From Candidatus Nanohaloarchaea archaeon (GTDB lineage Archaea > Nanohalarchaeota > Nanosalinia > Nanosalinales > Nanosalinaceae): 10,582 nt of DNA. The notes below the pieces were generated by a model. That model did no database searches. It worked only from the letters and a program-made list of their open reading frames with translations, and was not told the origin of the DNA. The DNA is taken from contig JBEQAY010000032.1 of assembly GCA_041640075.1 (NCBI GenBank), positions 1-10,582 of the forward strand, in the 5' to 3' direction. Position 1 is the first letter of the stretch. Every line of letters begins with the position of its first letter. Positions 6,790-10,582 of this stretch are shown here, in pieces. A program made the translations under genes and the position numbers.

Positions 6790-7302
6790 ATGAAGGGCTT
6801 TACACAGACACCTGAGGAGATGGAAGAGTTCGCAGAGTTCATGGAGGAAGATATCGAAAACATCCAGAGAGTTATCGGCGAACTGATGGGTGAAGACGTC
6901 GACGCAGAGTTCATGGTACACGCAAAAGCCGAGACAGTAGAGGAATCCGCGGAAAACACGGACGTGGAAGCTGAAAATGTAATCAAGACACTTGTATTCA
7001 TCGGAGACGAACCTGTCGCCGTCCTCTGCCCTGGAGACACAAGCGTATCCGAGATAAAATTAGAGGAAATTCTGGGAAGTGAAGTCAGGATGGCCCGGCC
7101 TCAGGAAGTAAAAGAAGAAACAGGATACATAGTAGGAGGAGTATCACCGTTCGACCTCGACATCAAAGTCCTTATGGAGGAATCTATACTTGAAAAAGAT
7201 GAAGTGAAGCCGGCAGCAGGATCAAGAGTTGTAGGAGTATCAATTGATGCAGAGGATCTGAAAGAAGTTTCAGGCGCGGAAACAGTAGATGTATCAAGGT
7301 AG
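6790..7302 (+). CDS. YbaK/EbsC/ProX-family aminoacyl-tRNA deacylase (trans-editing domain)
   Basis: Motifs TVEESAE, VIKTLVF (conserved Lys), RMA.P.EV.E.TGY.VGGVSPF and AAGS. It has a short acidic N-terminal extension. Confidence 0.92.
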   Translation: MKGFTQTPEEMEEFAEFMEEDIENIQRVIGELMGEDVDAEFMVHAKAETVEESAENTDVEAENVIKTLVFIGDEPVAVLCPGDTSVSEIKLEEILGSEVRMARPQEVKEETGYIVGGVSPFDLDIKVLMEESILEKDEVKPAAGSRVVGVSIDAEDLKEVSGAETVDVSR

Positions 7303-7329
7303 GAAAAATTTTCTGCGAAACTAAGGAAA

Positions 7330-8475
7330 TCATATTACTGTTTTTCTTTCCATTTCAGGCCTCTCGCCTTCCAGTAACTCGTCTATTCCTCCTCTGAAAA
7401 ATGTCTTGTTGAGAGTTTCCAGATCATCAGAGTTCTCGGCCTTCTCGAACCCTGTAACTGTTCCCAGTGCGTATCCTGTACTTTGATCGTATACCGGAGG
7501 CAGAGCGTATTCAGTATTGTTTGAGAGTTCTGAGGTGTCTAGTACATCTGATCCGAATACGAATTCAGGGTGATAAACTGTCCAGTCATTTTCCAGTTCC
7601 GTTGCGACAGTTTGCCATGCCTCACTCAAGTTCCTGACTTTCTTATCTACAGCACTGAGGTTCTCTTCTCCTGAAGAGTCTGATCTATTCCTCTGGGCAT
7701 ATTGTGAGAAATTTTCTGAACCCTCCTGATATTGTACAGGTATCTGGTCTTTCTCAGATATCCTCTGCATTTCAGTCTCTACATCAGTCCACTCAAGATC
7801 GGACATCTGTGATAAAACCGAGAAGATAACTTCCTCACCAAAGTCGGAATAGCTTTCAACTAGATCCTCTGCATCTTCCTGTGATGCATTAGAGTAAGTC
7901 TCAGCAACGAAATCATATATCCTAGATTTATCTACTTCGGTCTCAGGTTCAGACATAACCCTATAACCTGCATCCAGAGTTTCCTCCCACGAATTCACTT
8001 CTGAATGATTTTTATCCGTATTATTCTCTGCATAGCCGTCGTGCGGTTTGACCTCGACCATATGGATATCGTACTGGTCTAGATCCATGAATAAGAGGTC
8101 TGCATCGCCTTTTCTCAGTTCATCTTCAAGATCTCTGTTATGCGGGACAGAGTCATCGATATTAAATTCGTCAGGGTGCTGGTAGAAGTCCCTCTCCACG
8201 AGAACAAGATCCCATCTATTTTTCCCTTCCTGAATGTTCTGCCTGTACCTTTCAAGTCGGCCATCGATCAGGATATCGTGTCGGTGCTGTTTTTCTCTTG
8301 GATCTGCCTTGAGAATGCCTTCAGCGTAAACGTCTTCCTCGATCTCCACTCCCGGAGCGTCAACTATCTCAGGCGTCCAGGGTCTGTTGACACTGGCTTG
8401 CTGGAGAACAGCTGAGTGAGCAGATTCAGGGAGATCAAATCTTCTGTAAGCCTGATCTGCTTCAAGATCACTCAT
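7330..8475 (-). CDS. Hypothetical acidic protein (381 aa) with a PD-(D/E)XK nuclease-like motif
   Basis: Long ORF with host-like acidic composition. Motifs H64xHD (helix), VLVE94, GDAD126LLF and IHMVE141VK143 match the restriction-endonuclease-like core. It has its own TATA-like TTTTTAAT (8507-8500). Confidence 0.75.
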   Translation of the reverse strand: MSDLEADQAYRRFDLPESAHSAVLQQASVNRPWTPEIVDAPGVEIEEDVYAEGILKADPREKQHRHDILIDGRLERYRQNIQEGKNRWDLVLVERDFYQHPDEFNIDDSVPHNRDLEDELRKGDADLLFMDLDQYDIHMVEVKPHDGYAENNTDKNHSEVNSWEETLDAGYRVMSEPETEVDKSRIYDFVAETYSNASQEDAEDLVESYSDFGEEVIFSVLSQMSDLEWTDVETEMQRISEKDQIPVQYQEGSENFSQYAQRNRSDSSGEENLSAVDKKVRNLSEAWQTVATELENDWTVYHPEFVFGSDVLDTSELSNNTEYALPPVYDQSTGYALGTVTGFEKAENSDDLETLNKTFFRGGIDELLEGERPEMERKTVI

Positions 8476-8519
8476 CTAAAAGAAGATTTCCAGATAGCTA
8501 TTAAAAATCTATTCCTTCA
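8476..8519 (-). promoter_or_regulatory. Putative promoter of the 381-aa gene
   Basis: The minus strand has TTTTTAATAG 25-32 nt before ATG 8475, adjacent to the palindrome ATAGCTAT (8494-8501). Confidence 0.45.
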
Positions 8520-9011
8520 TCACAGCTGTGAGATAATATCCTGTCCGAAAAGCCTTCTCACATCCTGGTAAACATCTTCAGGATGATCTCTCGTTGATTC
8601 CGGCCAGTAAACAGAACCCTGAATAAAACCATCTTCAGGCCACTCGTAACTTCTCTCACCGTCAAATACCACCATACTTGACCTATATCCCCATTCATTT
8701 TCTGTACTTTCCAGTATCTGGCTAAGTTTTGATCCATACTGATCCGATAAGCTAGGTCCGAACGATCCTCTAGTCGATCCAAACTCTACATCGTAAATTC
8801 TGAGGTTTAAAGAGTCCATATCCACGTTAACCATATCTACATCAACTGAGGTGTTACCATCACCTATTTTAACGCCGCTAACCGTATTGCTTTTCGGCTG
8901 GTATTCTCCACGGTACAGGAAATCGAACTCAACATCTTCTCCTACTTCACTCATTCTTTCACGGGTGATGCGGTCCCAGAACCGTTCCATATCGGAAAAA
9001 TTATTTTCCAC
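8520..9011 (-). CDS. Hypothetical protein (163 aa), apparent degenerate PD-(D/E)XK paralog of the downstream gene
   Basis: GTG start at 9011 with TAAATATT 21-28 nt upstream (alternative ATG 8990). Blocks DVDMVNVDMDSLNLRIYDVE and ENEWGYRSSMVVF align without gaps to blocks of the 381-aa protein. Confidence 0.7.
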   Translation of the reverse strand: MENNFSDMERFWDRITRERMSEVGEDVEFDFLYRGEYQPKSNTVSGVKIGDGNTSVDVDMVNVDMDSLNLRIYDVEFGSTRGSFGPSLSDQYGSKLSQILESTENEWGYRSSMVVFDGERSYEWPEDGFIQGSVYWPESTRDHPEDVYQDVRRLFGQDIISQL

Positions 9012-9069
9012 ACCAGGTTTTTACTCAACAAAATATTTACAGATGAAGCTAGGAACCGGGTCTGAGATT

Positions 9070-9106
9070 CCGGAAAGTAATTTAACAATTGGAAGGAATT
9101 TTCCGG
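9070..9106 (+). promoter_or_regulatory. tyrS promoter bracketed by an inverted repeat
   Basis: CCGGAAA (9070-9076) ... TTTCCGG (9100-9106) encloses TAATTTAA (9078-9085), which lies 23-30 nt before ATG 9108. Confidence 0.5.
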
Positions 9107-9107
9107 T

Positions 9108-10133
9108 ATGGATCTGGAAGAGAGAAAAGAACTGGTTTTACGGAACACTGAGGAAATCATACAGGAAGAGGAACTTGAGGAAATACTTGAAGAGAAAGAC
9201 GAGCCAAGGGCCTACATCGGCAACGAGACCTCAGGACCTGTGCACCTCGGACACTGGATCCAGATCAGAAAGATGAAAGACCTTCAGAAAGCAGGCTTCC
9301 AGCCGGTTGTGCTTTTCGCGGATCTCCACACCTTCCTCAACAAGAAGGGGAGCGAGGAATGGATCGAGAAGATGGTGGATTACTGGCAGGCCACATTTGA
9401 GGCCTGTGGACTCGACGCAGAGTACGTTAAAGGACGAGACTTCCAGGAAGAAACAGATTACTTCCATGATTTACTTGCCATGACCCAGGAAACCACAGTA
9501 AACCGTGGAGAACGAGCCATGGGAGACGTAGCCTCAGAACAGGACAGCATCTACACATCACAGATCGTATACCCATTGATGCAGGCACTTGACATCGTAC
9601 ACCTAGACCTGGACCTTGCAGTCGCGGGGATCGACCAGAGAAAAATCCATATGCTGGCAAGAGAAAAGCTTCCGAAGCTCGGATACGACAAACCTACATG
9701 CCTTCACTGGCCTCTACTAAGCTCTCTTGCAGGAGACGGCGACAAGATGAGCTCAAGCAAGAAGAACACCATGTTCCCTCTACACGCCGATCCAAGCAGG
9801 ATACAGGAAACCATCCAGGACGCTTACTGTCCACAGGGTCAGGTAGAAGACAACCCCGTACTCGAGATCGCGAAGTACTTCATCTTCGGCGCAGACGAAG
9901 ATCTACTGATTGAAAGAGACGACGAGTACGGTGGAGACGTCCACTACGGAGAGTATGAAGACCTTAAATCAGACTTCGGGGACGGAGAACTCCACCCACT
10001 CGATCTCAAAGACGCAGTAGCCGAAGAAGTCGAAGCAAGATTCAAACCGGTGAGAGACAAGTTCAGGGAAAACCCAGAACTGCTTGAACCACTCGAAGAA
10101 ATCGGCCACGAAAAACCAAAATACCTGAAGTAA
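9108..10133 (+). CDS. tyrS: Tyrosine--tRNA ligase, archaeal type
   Basis: Motifs RNTEEI, AYIG.E.SG, HIGH-type HLGH (9243-9254), ADLH, YPLMQALD, GIDQRKIHMLARE, KMSSS (9744-9758), AYCP and LHP.DLK. Confidence 0.98.
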   Translation: MDLEERKELVLRNTEEIIQEEELEEILEEKDEPRAYIGNETSGPVHLGHWIQIRKMKDLQKAGFQPVVLFADLHTFLNKKGSEEWIEKMVDYWQATFEACGLDAEYVKGRDFQEETDYFHDLLAMTQETTVNRGERAMGDVASEQDSIYTSQIVYPLMQALDIVHLDLDLAVAGIDQRKIHMLAREKLPKLGYDKPTCLHWPLLSSLAGDGDKMSSSKKNTMFPLHADPSRIQETIQDAYCPQGQVEDNPVLEIAKYFIFGADEDLLIERDDEYGGDVHYGEYEDLKSDFGDGELHPLDLKDAVAEEVEARFKPVRDKFRENPELLEPLEEIGHEKPKYLK

Positions 10134-10176
10134 ACGCCTGAAAAAGGCAAAAATTCTTTCACTCTTTGTTTACTTG

Positions 10177-10566
10177 ATGAAGATCAAAGTTTTCAGTACA
10201 GAACTTGAACTTGATGAAATTCTTGTAAAATCATCTGAAGATGAAATCAGGAGGCAGATAGAAGAGTTTCTTTCAGGAAATCGAGAAGATTTTGATTTAG
10301 AGATTTCCGTTCCTGATAATTTTACAGGCGGGGTGATGCAGGAGATGCTGAAGATTCCGCGGGGTGAAACCCGGAGTTATGGAGTTATTGCAGAAAATCT
10401 TGGCTCTGCTGCTATTGCTGTTGGACAGGCGTGTGGAAGAAATCCTCTGCCTTTGATTGTTCCTTGTCACAGGGTTGTCGGGAAAAATTATCCTGGAGGT
10501 TACTGCGGTGAAAAGGACAGCGATGTTAAGAGAAAGTTGCTAGAGCTTGAAGGAGCAGATTTTTAA
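10177..10566 (+). CDS. ogt: Methylated-DNA--protein-cysteine methyltransferase (MGMT/Ogt), short form
   Basis: Motifs IPRGETRSYG, AVGQACGRNP, the active site PCHRVV, GGY and KRKLLELEG. The start is ATG 10177 or the adjacent TTG 10174. Confidence 0.93.
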   Translation: MKIKVFSTELELDEILVKSSEDEIRRQIEEFLSGNREDFDLEISVPDNFTGGVMQEMLKIPRGETRSYGVIAENLGSAAIAVGQACGRNPLPLIVPCHRVVGKNYPGGYCGEKDSDVKRKLLELEGADF

Positions 10567-10582
10567 CTTTCGGCTCTGAATT

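Noticed and set aside
5053..7040. Short overlapping ORFs within the phosphoesterase, rtcA and ybaK genes
   Set aside because: Out-of-frame or antisense shadows without recognisable motifs.
10136..10148. GCCT-GAAAA-AGGC hairpin after tyrS as an intrinsic terminator
   Set aside because: A 4-bp stem is too weak to call, although the T-rich tract downstream may terminate transcription.
8140..10162. ORFs 8140-8415, 8558-8782, 8851-9276, 8951-9160, 9231-9467, 9427-9660, 9698-9913, 9944-10162
   Set aside because: They overlap the paralog pair or tyrS, and their basic or Ser-rich composition is inconsistent with the proteome.
1..10582. CRISPR array, tRNA/rRNA genes, IS elements, inteins
   Set aside because: All spacers are under about 100 bp. 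I saw no regularly spaced repeats, cloverleaf, transposase/integrase or intein signatures.

Overview
This is a gene-dense archaeal chromosomal segment with very short intergenic spacers. The proteins are strongly acidic (D/E-rich) at only moderate GC, and starts look leaderless, with TATA-like boxes about 25-30 nt upstream. That pattern fits a halophilic archaeon, probably Nanohaloarchaeota/DPANN rather than high-GC Halobacteria (inference). Gene order: 5'-truncated alaS; a membrane-anchored thioredoxin-like hypothetical (-); a SecB-like protein; a 69-aa winged-helix protein (-); a 77-aa acidic coiled-coil protein; Hsp20; a divergent calcineurin-like metallophosphoesterase; rtcA (-); a YbaK/ProX deacylase; two hypothetical genes (-); tyrS; and ogt/MGMT. 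The main novel observation is that the two hypothetical genes at 7330-9011 align by eye as tandem paralogs of the PD-(D/E)XK nuclease fold. One keeps D...ExK and carries a ~125-aa insertion; the other is compact and catalytically degenerate (DVE for EVK). This suggests an active-nuclease plus dead-paralog module set among tRNA/RNA-end-processing genes. A second theme is a small chaperone cluster (SecB-like, Hsp20) around a wHTH protein with interlocked promoters. I saw no CRISPR array, tRNA/rRNA gene or mobile element.
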